This document shows positions 49,037 through 60,000 of a stretch of 60,000 nucleotides of DNA, in pieces. The translations under genes and the position numbers were made by a program. The notes beneath the pieces are model-generated. The model had not been told where the DNA came from. It saw nothing but the letters and a program-made list of their open reading frames with translations, and ran no database searches. Origin of the DNA: Malacoraja senta (lineage: Eukaryota); NCBI GenBank assembly GCA_038087875.1, contig CM075990.1, positions 10,728,001 through 10,788,000 of the forward strand, given 5' to 3'. The first letter of the stretch is position 1; each line of letters begins with the position of its first letter.

Positions 49037-50752
49037 TGTATTCAGAAAGTATTCAGACCCCCTCACTTTTTCCACATTTTGTTATGTTACAGCCTTATTC
49101 TAAAATAGATTCAATTCATTTTTTTATCATCAATCTACACACAATAACCCCATAATAAAAAAGCGAAAACAGGTGTTTAGAAATTTTTTGCAAATTAATT
49201 AAAAAGAAATAACTGAAATATCACATTTACAGAAGTATTCAGACCCCCTTTCTCAGTATTTTGTTGAGGCACCTTTGGCAGCGATTACAGCCTCAAATCT
49301 TCTTGGGTATGACGCTACAAGCTTGGCACACCTGTATTTGGGTAATTTCTCCCATTTTTCTCTCCAGATCCTCTCAAGCTCTGTCAGGTTGGATGGGGAG
49401 CGTCGATGCACAGCTATTTTCAGGTCCCTCCAGAGATGTTCGATCGGGTTCAAGTCCGGACCCTGGCTGGGCCACTCAAGGACATTCACAGACTTGTCAC
49501 AAAGCCACTCAAGTTCAAGTGAGTTTATTGTCATGTGTCATAGGACAATGAAATTCTTGCTTTGCTTCAGCACAACAGAACATAGAAGGCATTGACTACA
49601 AAACAGATCAGTGTGTCCATATATCATTATATAAATCTTTACACACATGAATTGTCCTGCATTGTCTTGGCTGTGTGCTTAGGGTCGTTGTCCTGTTGGA
49701 AGGCGAACCTCCGCCCCAGTCTGAGGTCCAGAACGCTCTGGAGTAGGTTTCCATCAAGGATCTCTCTGTATATTGCTCCGTTCATCTTTCCCTCAATCCT
49801 GACTAGTCTCCCAGTTCCTGCCGCTGAAAAACATCCCCACAGCATGATGCTGTCACAGTAGGTATGGTATTGGCCACGTGATGAGCGGTGCCTGGTTTCC
49901 TCCAGACTTGACGCTTGGTATTCAGGCTAAAGTTCAATCTTGGTTTCATCAGACCAGAGAGTCCTTTAGGTGCCTTTTGGCAAACTCCAAACGGCTGTCA
50001 TGTGCTTTTTACTGAGGAGTGGCTCACGTCTGGCCACTCCACCATAAAGGCCTGATTGGTGGAGTGCTGCAGATGTAGTTGTCCTTCTGGAAGGTTCTCC
50101 CATCTCCACAGAGGAACTCTGGAGCTCTGTCAGACTGACGATCGGGTTCTTGGTCACATCCCTGACCAAGGCCCTTTTCCTGATTGCTCAGTTTGGCCGG
50201 GCGGCCAGCACTATGAAGAGTCCTGGTGGTTCCAAAGTTCTTACAGTTAAGAATGACGGAGGCCCCTGTGCACTTCGGGACCTGCAATGCTGCAGAAATT
50301 GTTTTATACCCTTCCCCAGATCTGTGTCTCGACACAATCCTGTCTCGGAGTTTCTGCGGACAATTCCTTCGTCTTCATGGCTTGGTTTTTGCTCTGACAT
50401 GCACTGTCAACTGTGGGACCTTATATAGACAGGTGTGTGCCTTTCCAAATCATGTCCAATCAATTTAATTTACCAATCAAGTTGTAGAAACATCTCAAAT
50501 ATAATCAATGGAAACAGGGAATCTAAGCTCAATTTTGAGTGTCATAGCAAAGGGTCTGAATACTTATGTAAATGTGATATTTCAGTTATTTATTTCTAAT
50601 TACTTTGCAAACATTTCTAAACACCTATTTTTTCTTCTTCTTTCTGGGGTAGATTGATGATGAAAAAAGAATTTAATCTATTTTAAAATAAGGCTGTAAC
50701 GTAACAAAATGTGGAAAAAGTGAAGGGGTCTGAATACTTTCTGAATGCACTG
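49037..50752 (-). mobile_element. Tc1 DNA transposon, degenerate, with a Rex1-tail insertion at about 49511-49650
   Basis: [55 protein letters not shown]; about 200-bp TIRs ending in CACTG-TA. Confidence 0.93.
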
Positions 50753-51117
50753 TAAGCAAGCTTGAAGCCGTGACAGTTCTATAACAAAACCTGTGCATGT
50801 GATCCAAATTGCAGGGATTTAAATGTACAGATTAATTATGTGCACTCTCATTACTCGTGCTTATAACCATCTTAAGCAAAGCAATTAAATCAGAAATTGA
50901 GAGTGGGAGCATGACGTCATTGAGCTCCTTATCCATACTATTTTCATTGACTGTCAGGAAACAGAGACATAGTGATAGAATATATGGCTAGTACAGGAAC
51001 AAGACAAGAACAAACCTTGAAACTACTCACATTGAATTTCTACATTATATTATGGAACTATCATTTTTATTGATACTTCCAAGCAGTAATTGGGACAAAT
51101 CACAGCATAAACAAAGA

Positions 51118-51400
51118 TGGGCGGCACAGTGGCACAGTGGTAGAGTTGCTGCCTTACAGCGCCAGAGACTTGGGTTTGATCCCGACTATGGGTACTGTCT
51201 GTACAGAGTTTGTACGTTACTCCCCGTGACCTGCATGGGTTTTCTCCGGGTGCTCCGGTTTTCTCCCATACTCCAAAGACGTACAAGTTTGTAGGTTAAT
51301 TGGCTTGGCAAAATTATAAATTGTCCCTTGAGTGTATGTAGGATAATGTTAGTGTGTAGGACCGCTGCAGACCCAGCGAGGCGAAGGCCTGTATCTCTAA
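51118..51400 (+). mobile_element. HE1-like V-SINE
   Basis: GGGCGGCACAGTGGCACAGTGGTAGAGTTGCTGCC..CTCCGGGTGCTCCGGTTTTCTCCCA. Confidence 0.85.
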
Positions 51401-51553
51401 ATTATCGACAGAAAGGATTCAAGAAAATCATCATTCATAAGATGCTTAAACAAATTGTTGAATTGTCACAAAGGAAAAAAACTGGACCAGAACTTAAACG
51501 GTAATTTTGAGGGAGAATTTGTGGAGACTTTGATACGAGATAGATTCTCTTAC

Positions 51554-51667
51554 CAGCAAGTCACTGGATCCTGCATGCATATACTTGTCCATGAAATCCA
51601 GGATCGTTAACCATAGAGCAGCAAATGTTGGTAGAGACAACAATGGAGACAAATGTTGGAGGAAAAC
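51554..51667 (-). CDS. GBF1: GBF1 exon
   Basis: VFLQHLSPLLSLPTFAALWLTILDFMDKYMHAGSSDLL; 114 bp. Confidence 0.96.
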
Positions 51668-52614
51668 CTTTAGATGGGCAGAGAAGGAGAAATATTATTA
51701 CATAAGAAAGTCAATGTTGCCAAATGAGTCCAAAATATAATTGTACAAGGTAAATGCATCCTAGCAAAATGACCAGTCAAGTTCATTTAGTAGATCTTGT
51801 GTTTCAATTCTTTGAAAATGCCAGCCTCCTTTCCAATGCAAGGTCGCTAACAACTCAGGCCCATCACTCACGAACTGAACATATTGGTACACATATTCAT
51901 TCTTTGCAACTCCTATCAGTCCAACAAAGATTGTCAGAAGATTTAAATCTTTAATTTTACATAACTATATTGCATGTAAACTATATTCAATGTAAATCAA
52001 ATTTAGTGGATGGTAGTTAATGTGAATTATTATGATCTGATGTGAGATGCAGAGCTTGACATCAACAGCCAATAGATTGAGCTGAATTTTGAACAAAAGT
52101 ATAAATCGCTCAATGATGTTAGTTTATTTGACTTTCTACCGTCTATGCCGGCTGGTAAGAAAAAAATACACTCTGGGAGGTAGCTTTCTACAAAGGTAGA
52201 AACTTACCAGAAAATATTACGGTTGTCTTTTCCATCCCTACTACCTTATATTCAGCATAATGCAGTTATCCCTATTTTGTTTTACCTACTGGCTTCCAGT
52301 TCAACAACATCTCATTCGTTTATTCATAGATAGCCAATAATTAGCTGGAAAAAATCACCTAAAGCAATCTCCAGATCAATTGTATGAGAGCTGCCTGAAC
52401 AATGTGGATATATGGAAATACATCACCAGTAGCCACTCATGGAACAAGTATATATTTCTCAGTCATTAATTCAATTTAGAATAATTTGCACACAAAATCA
52501 AATCTTTGTTACTAGTGTGGCAAAATACTATATTGTACATGCACAGCCCAAGTGGACAGTGGACGTCATCACAGCCCCAAACCCGTCTCATCAAAACAAG
52601 GACAACAAACTCAC

Positions 52615-52716
52615 TTTGCAAAGCAAGGTTGAAGCTCGCATTCTGGTCTCTTCCATCCCTCCGACATCAGCTGGGCTGATATTCTCCAAAAGTTTGGTCA
52701 GTAATGGAAACAATAC
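52615..52716 (-). CDS. GBF1: GBF1 exon
   Basis: VLFPLLTKLLENISPADVGGMEETRMRASTLLCK; 102 bp. Confidence 0.96.
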
Positions 52717-52816
52717 CTTCACAAACAAATAACATGATTAAGCAACTGCTAATTTATTTTAATCTGTTTTAAACATGGATTTTAAAAAAATTGTTGGTGG
52801 TGAGGCTTCTTTGTAC

Positions 52817-52947
52817 CTTGTTAAAGCAGGATTCCCATTCTAAAGCATCCAGTGTTTGCAGATCATGCACTAATAGTGCTCTCTGTAGGTAAGTAAGTGC
52901 TTGCATTCTGACTTGGCGCCTGGCATCACAACAAAGCCACGCAATGC
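52817..52947 (-). CDS. GBF1: GBF1 exon
   Basis: GIAWLCCDARRQVRMQALTYLQRALLVHDLQTLDALEWESCFNK. Confidence 0.96.
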
Positions 52948-53120
52948 CTGAAGAGACAATGTACAGAGATGGATTTGAGGCCCACCTAAAACTCCTGCAG
53001 ACATTTGTTTTTAATGCATTGTACAATGCACCACAATCTGTTTGAAAACTCCAATTTCTCCTCTGAGATTGTATTGAGATCCATCAATAAGCACTCTCTC
53101 CGTCCTAACCCCATATCACT

Positions 53121-53958
53121 GATGGGGATGAGTCAGAGTATAGAAGAGAGATCGAGCAACTGTCCATATGGTGCCAGCACAACAACCTGGCCCTCAACAC
53201 CAGCAAAACCAAGGAACTGATTGTGGACTTTGGAAGGAGTAGGATGGGGACCCACAGTCCCGTTTATATCAACGGGTCGATGGTTGAAAGGGTCAAGAGC
53301 TTCAAATTCCTGGGCGTGCACATCTCTGAAGATCTTTCCTGGTCCGAGAACAATGATGCCATTATTAAGAAAGCACATCAGCGCCTCTACTTCCTGAGAA
53401 CATTACGGAGAGTTGGTTTGTCAAGGAGGACTCTCTCTAACTTCTACAGGTGCACAGTAGAGAGCATGCTGACCGGTTGCATCGTGGCTTGGTTCGGCAA
53501 CTTGAGTGCCCTGGAGAGGAAAAGACTACAAAAAGTAGTAAACACTGCCCAGTCCATCATCGGCTCTGACCTCCCTTCCATCGAGGGGATCTACCACAGT
53601 CGCTGCCTCAAAAAGGCTGGCAGCATCATCAAGGACCCACACCATCCTGGCCACACACTCATCTCCCTACTACCTTCAGGTAGAAGGTACAGGAGCCTGA
53701 AGACTGCAACGACCAGGTTCAGGAACAGCTACTTCCCCACAGCCATCAGGCTATTAAACCTGGCTCGGACATAACACTGAACTTTACTAGCCAATACTGT
53801 TATTTGCACTTTATCAGTATATTGACCATTGTGTATATATTTATAGAATGCCTTGTAGTAAATGCCTACTATGTTCTGTTGTGCTCAAGCAAAGCAAGAA
53901 TTTCATTGTCCTACCAGGGACACATGACAATAAACTCACTTGACTTGACTTGACTTGA
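53121..53958 (+). mobile_element. Rex1/Babar LINE 3' fragment
   Basis: ORF 53223-53774 (SFKFLGVHISEDLSW..YRCTVESMLTGCIVAW); (ACTTG)n tail. Confidence 0.92.
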
Positions 53959-54990
53959 TATTCCTGCTTTCTCCCCATAACCCCCGACACCCGTAATAAT
54001 CAAGAATCTATCTATCCCTGCCTTAAAAATATCCATTGACGGCCACCACAGCCTTTGGTGGCAATGAATTCCACAGATTCACCACCTTCTGACTAAAGAA
54101 ATTCCTCCTCATCTCCTTCCGAAAGGAACATCCTTTAATTCTGAGGCTATGACCTCTAGTCCTAGACTCTCCCACAAGTGGAAACATCCTCCACATCCAC
54201 TCTATGCAAGCCTTTCAATATTCGGTAAGTTTCAATGAGGTCCCCCCTCATTCTTCTGAACTCCAGCGAGTACAGGGCCAGTGTCGTCAAACACTCATCA
54301 TATGTTAACCCACTCATTCCTGGGATTATTCTTGTAAACCTCTGGACCCTCTCCAGATCCAGCACACTCTTCCTCAGATATGGTGCTCAAAATTGCTCAC
54401 AATGCACCAAATGCAGCCTGACCAGCGCCTCAGCATTACATCCGTTTTTTAAATAAATGCTATCATTGAGTTTGCCTTATTTGCTACTGATTCAACTTGC
54501 AGACTAACTTTTTGGGAATCCTACACCAGCACTCCCAAATCCCTTTGCACCTTCGATTTCTGGATTATCTCCCCATTTAGAAAATAGTTTACGCCTTTAT
54601 TCCTACTATCAAAATGCATAACTCCACACTTTGCTATGCTATATTCCATCTGCCACTTCTCTGCCCACTCTCTCAACCTGTCCAAGTCCATCTGTAGAGT
54701 CCCCGCTTTCTCTACAATACCTGCCCCTCCACCTATTTTCAAATCATCCCCAAACTTGACCACAAAGCCTTCAATCCCCTCATCCAAACCATTAATACGC
54801 AACGGGAAGAGTAGCGGCCCCAGCACCGACCCCTGCGGAACTCCGCAAATGTCTGACATTTCCACTCTGGGAAATTGGTTCCAACTGTCTACCCTATCTA
54901 TGCATCTCGTAATTTCCTCTCAGCTTCCTGTGCTACAGACAAAACAATCCAAGTTTGTCCAACCTCCTCTTGTAACTAATACCCTCTAAC
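53959..54990 (-). mobile_element. CR1 LINE fragments
   Basis: GVPQGSVLGPLLF..KFGDDLKIGG..LQMDLDRLREWAEKWQM on minus. Confidence 0.9.
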
Positions 54991-55406
54991 AAATGAATTT
55001 TAGATTTCATAGAATTTATTGCTGCAGATGTATCATACATCTTGTGTCAATACAAAAGGCCTGTTGGTTACACCAGTGAGGAAGTATCATTTAGCTCCAT
55101 CTAATATATCTAACTGGGAGAAGAACGCAGATACTAGGCCAGTACAAAGACCTACCCTATTTCATATTTTGATATAGTGAACTTTTTTCCCCCCATTTAT
55201 TATATTGTTTACATATGTTTACATATTGTGCTGTGCTGCTGCAAGTCAGAATTTAATTGTTCTATCTGGGACATATGACAATAAAACACTCCTGACTTGA
55301 CTCTCATTTCTTCTCATTACTTTGAAAGCACGAGCTCCAAGAGCTCATAAGCTAAACATACGCAACTTATGAACCATCTCCCCACAATCCGGTCGTAATG
55401 GCTCAC

Positions 55407-55557
55407 CTTGCAACAGCGGACACCAGCAGTTCAACCACAAAGTTCTGGCATCAGCATCAATTTTCTTTCCTGCCGGCTCCAGGTGGCGCTGTTCTTCAGC
55501 CCAAGAGCTATAAATGTTGGCAGCTCTTGTGTGTAGTGTGTGCATCAAATCCAGAAG
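55407..55557 (-). CDS. GBF1: GBF1 exon
   Basis: LLDLMHTLHTRAANIYSSWAEEQRHLE...CWCPLLQ; 151 bp. Confidence 0.96.
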
Positions 55558-56864
55558 CTGAATCAAGAGACAAGAACAAGTTAGTTGGATCTTGTAGGCA
55601 TTTTATATAGAAACTACAAAGTATATTTTAAAACATAACCCTTGAGCTTGGTCCAACTTTCAATTAAATCATGGCTAGCTCTTAACTCCATTTACTCACT
55701 TTGGTTATATTTTATACCCTTGTCCAACAAAGGTCAATTTTCAAACCTTAAACTGAAACATAGCTTTGAAGCTTCTATCGAAGACAACTACTGCATGAAG
55801 TTGTGCTTCTTGACATCACCCGAGTGCCCTAATTCAGGGTTTGAGATAATCCCAACTAAAACACTGATATCTCGATTTAGTCCATTAAATCACCCTAAAA
55901 AATTTAATTTGATTACCCCTTAATTTTCCAAAACTTACAAGAATACAAACTACTAATCTTACAATTTAACCTGAGCCCCAGTATTATTCTGGTAACAATA
56001 CTTGAGTAACACCCTGATTTGAACACTGCAACGACATATTTACCAGACAGGACCTACCTCCTGTAGGACATATCTACAGGGGGAACATACACAAAAATAG
56101 GATTTATGTGGTGTAGAGAAGAGGATTTTGGAGTATACATTCATACATATATACAAGGCATACAATATAGTTTTCTCATTGGTTATCATACAGAACAAAG
56201 AACAGGAAGTCACTCTAGAATTATGTACACCTGAAGGCACAGCAACTACTAGAATTCAGATAACCATAGAATGGAAAAGACACAAATGTGCGACAGACCA
56301 GATTTACAAGGATGCTGAAAGGACTGAGAATAGTTTGCCATGGAGAAAATGTTGGATAAGCTAGGATTGTTTACTTTGAAACAAAGGTAGCTGAGGGGAG
56401 ACAATTAAAATGTATAAAATTGAGGTCCAAATAAACTTGGAGCACACATTTCACTGAGCACAAGTGGGGGGGAAAAAAGAGTATAAATTTAATCAATAAA
56501 ATTTATAGTCACCCAAAACAAAATTGAGATTAAGTCTCTAACAGCAGCCCGCAAAAAGTTAACTGAGAAGATTAAAGGAGTTGTGTAGGACATTCCCCAA
56601 AAGGTGCATTGCTAATTTAAATCAGACCGCAATGAGACAGAGCTTGGTCCAAGATGGGGAGGGAGGTGTTAGAACAGAAAGATAGTGGGAAGGCAAGTTT
56701 ACTGAGTTACTCTTGGTCAATTCAAACGGTGGAAATTTCATAAGGAACTCTGAAAAGGAAAAGGAATAAAAAATAAAATAGGATTCCAAGTTCGACAGAA
56801 CAGTCTCATTGAGAACAGGCAGCATGAGGCAAGATGAGGAATCGGAAAGACCTGCTATACTTAC

Positions 56865-57067
56865 ATCCTGACTAACCTGCAATGACACAGTGTGATAACT
56901 TGCTGGTACACTGTCATCTTCATCATCATCACTATGCAACTTTGATGGACGATGGTTAAAAGACTTGGACCGCTTCATCGAACTCTCCTTTTCCTTTTGT
57001 TTCTTCTTTAGTCGGTTTGATTTGTCAAATTTGTATGTTTTAGATTTCCTTTCATGTGTTTTATACC
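56865..57067 (-). CDS. GBF1: GBF1 exon (alternative donor at 56877 omits VSQD)
   Basis: GYKTHERK...SDDDEDDSVPASYHTVSLQVSQD; donors GTTAGT and GTAAGT 12 nt apart. Confidence 0.92.
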
Positions 57068-57629
57068 CTGCAACAAGCCCCAAATTACAAAAATACCAAC
57101 TGTGATATCAGCAAATCAATGTGGAAGGAAAAAATCCAATCCAATGATCGACAAGCCATGAGGATGGTAACGCCACAATTTTAGCCACATGTACTTTCGT
57201 AGATAATACCTTACCTGGTCTCAAACAATTCTGAAAAGAAATATACAAGTGGCAGTCTGCAAAACATCATCTGCCACCCCTGTAAACTGCTTCTTCTCTT
57301 ACCATTTCACAAACATGCAGACGCTCACATGCATACCATGCAAGAATGGGTACTGAGATCATAGCTGTATATTAATCTTTACTGAATGACATGATGCAAC
57401 GAAAAACAGCTGGATTCCTTAGTTATTACCAATGTTTTGCATGTCTATGCCTGGGCTGATTTTAGAAAGACCCAAGGGTTTAAAATTCTAAAATGAACAT
57501 TGCTGGACTGTAAAGCAAAGCAAAAAAGATATGCATAACATTTTAATTTATTAGTCACAATTTGCTGCTTAATGTGAAATGCAGATTTTTAGTGTGGATC
57601 AAGGAAAAGGAAACACTTCCACAACTTAC

Positions 57630-57876
57630 CACCGTTGAGATTTGCTTCTACAAAGATGCGAATTGTTTTTACACAAAGCTCAAAATTTTCTGGTGTTACA
57701 TGGGCAGCATCTCTTATAATAAACGACAGTGATTCCACACACTTGATAAGTGACTTAGTATCGTGTGAGCCCAGATCCTGTCCCAAAGTTAGGCTGTACT
57801 GATTGACTAGAGGCGAGCAGCCCGGCTTCATGCCTTGGCCAGAGGTTTTGTTGGTATCCAAGTCATCTCTCCCCAC
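57630..57876 (-). CDS. GBF1: GBF1 exon (the gene continues beyond the window)
   Basis: VGRDDLD...NQYSLTLGQDLGSHDTKSLIKCVESLSFIIRDAAHVTPENFELCVKTIRIFVEANLNG. Confidence 0.95.
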
Positions 57877-58042
57877 CTGCCAAAAATATCATCAACAATG
57901 TGAGCAATCAGATTTAGAAGTTTAGAAATATACAAAAACATTCTCGCATTATTGCTTCTTTTAGGTATATGGCATTAGGTTGTTTCATAATCATGTATCA
58001 GTATCCAAGTATATGAAACTTGCATTAATGACCACCTCAGGC

Positions 58043-58522
58043 AATTGAGGAAATTCAGAGTGTCTCCGAAGATCCTCCAGTGCTTTTACTCAGCGGCTGT
58101 GGAAAGCATCTTGTCCGGAAATATTACAATCTGGTTTGGGAATTGCTCTGCCCAGGACAAGAAGGCTCTGCAGAGAGTAGTGCGTTTGGCTGAACGCACA
58201 ATGGAAACTACACTCGCCCCTCGGCAGGAACTATGCATCAGAAGGTGCAACTCCAGAGCCAATAAGATCATGGGAGACCCTTTCCACCCCTGCAACGGAC
58301 TGTTCCAGCTGCTACGGTCAGGCAAACGCCTCTGTTGCCATGCTGTGAGAACAGAGAGGTTGAGAAGGAGTTTCTTCCCAGAGGCCATTAGGATTGTAAA
58401 CTCCTATCTCACCAGGGACTAACTTTACTGTACCATTCTACTGTTTTTACCGCGAGCATTGCCACTTTTCATTTCACTGCACATCTCGTATGTGTATGTG
58501 ACAAATAAGCTTGACTTGACTT
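58043..58522 (+). mobile_element. Rex1/Babar LINE 3' fragment (second family)
   Basis: FYSAAVESILSGNITIWFGN..ALQRVVR.AER; tail GTGACAAATAAGCTTGACTTGAC. Confidence 0.88.
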
Positions 58523-58804
58523 AAATAGCATCTTAATCCAAGTCCCACGATACAGCAGTGTCAACCTTGTGCATTTAACATACTGCAAAATATTTTGAAT
58601 TATTAAATGTGCGCTGGGATTTGGAGACACAAGAAACTGCAAATCTTTAGTCAGTTAGAAAGGTCCCAACTCGAAATGTTGTCTGAGCATTCCCTCCACA
58701 CAAGCAGCCTGACCTGTTGTGTTCCTCCAGCACGTTCTGTTTTTCATGTTGTGCACTAGGTCAGATAGTCAGTGAGCAAAAAGTCGAGTTTTCCGAGGCT
58801 TAGA

Positions 58805-60000
58805 GAGACAATTACTTTCCTTTTGATGTGTTTGATGAGGTCGTGGTACATATAGGTACCAATGACATAGGTAGAAAATAGGAAGAGGTCCTGAAAGGAG
58901 AATTTAGGGAGTTAGGAGGAGAGTTAAGGAGAAGGACCGCAAAGGTAACAATCTCGGGATTACTGCCTGTGCCACGCGACAGTGAGAGTAGGAATGGAGC
59001 GAGGTGGAGGATAAATGCGTGGCTGAAGGACTGGTGCAGTGGGCAGGGATTCAAGTTTCTGGATCATTGGGACCTCTTTTGGAGAAGGTGTGACCTGTAC
59101 AAAAAGGAGGGATTGCACTTGCACCCGAGGGGGACCAATATCCTGGCGGGGAGATTTGCAAAGGCTACAGGGGAGACTTTAAACTAGAACGGTTGGGGGG
59201 AGGGACTCAAATAGAGGAAGCTTGTAGACGGTGTGTGAGGCGGGAGGCAGAGAAGGGAAGCACTCAGACCCAACAGGTAGGGGGGAAAGAAGAAAAAAAT
59301 AGAGAAGAGGTGGTGGGTTTCTTAAATGTGTGAGCAGAGAGACAGAGGGGTGTAAAATGAGGGTAGAAGCAATAGGTAACAAGGTGAAAAGTAAACGTGG
59401 CAGACAGACAAATCCTGGGCAAAAATCAAAAAGGGCCACTTTTCAACATAATTGTATAAGGGGTAAGAGCGTTGTAAAAACAAGCCTGAAGGCTTTGTGT
59501 CTCAATGCAAGGAGCATTCGTAATAAGGTGGATGAGTTGAATGTGCAGATAGCTATTAATGATTATGATATAGTTGGGATCACGGAGACATGGCTCCAGG
59601 GTGACCAAGGCTGGGAGCTGAACATCCAGGGATATTCAATATTCAGGAGGGATAGACAGAAAGGAAAAGGAGGTGGGGTAGCATTGCTGGTTAGAGAGGA
59701 GATTAACGCAATGGAAAGGAAGGATATTAGCTTGGAGGATGTGGAATCGATATGGGTAGAGCTACGAAACACTAAGGGGCAGAAAACGCTAGTTGGTGTT
59801 GTGTACAGGCCACCTAACAGTAGTAGTGGAGTTGGGGATGGCATCAAACAGGAAATTAGAAATGCGTGCAACAAAAGTAAAACAGTTATAATGGGTGACT
59901 TCAATCTACATATAGATTGGGTGAATCAAATTGGCAGGGGTGCTGAGGAAGAGGATTTCTTGGAATGTATGCAGGATAGTTTTCTAAACCAACATGTAGA
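58805..60000 (+). mobile_element. CR1 LINE: ORF1 SGNH-esterase end and start of the ORF2 AP endonuclease (runs off the window)
   Basis: VVHIGTNDIG..INAWLKDWC..DHWDLFW..GLHL; then CLNARSIRNKVDEL..GITETWL..RRDRQKGKGGGVALLV..GVVYRPPN..IMGDFN. Confidence 0.92.

Overview
Vertebrate genomic DNA, most likely from a cartilaginous fish such as a skate or ray (inferred from HE1-like V-SINEs and the CR1/Rex1/Penelope repeat mix). Two host genes sit tail-to-tail. MACROH2A2 (+) has 8 coding exons at 26687-40762 encoding 382 aa, with a probable CpG-rich promoter at about 5.8-6.9 kb. The last 9 coding exons of GBF1 (-) lie at 43782-57876. The rest is dense, often nested transposon debris: BEL/Pao and two Gypsy LTR elements, two copies of a hAT-like element (7-bp TSD in the intact-ended copy), a hAT-like element with an apparent 5-bp TSD, L1, Rex1, CR1, Penelope-like elements with hammerhead-like cores, Tc1, a Harbinger MITE, Helitron-like elements and SINEs. 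The best candidate for novelty is the hAT-like family, which has an intron and whose reconstructed ORF ends in a Spindlin (Spin/Ssty)-like Tudor module. Also notable are a macroH2A2 with a mosaic ADP-ribose pocket and an H1-like linker. All calls come from reading the sequence by eye; no database searches were run.
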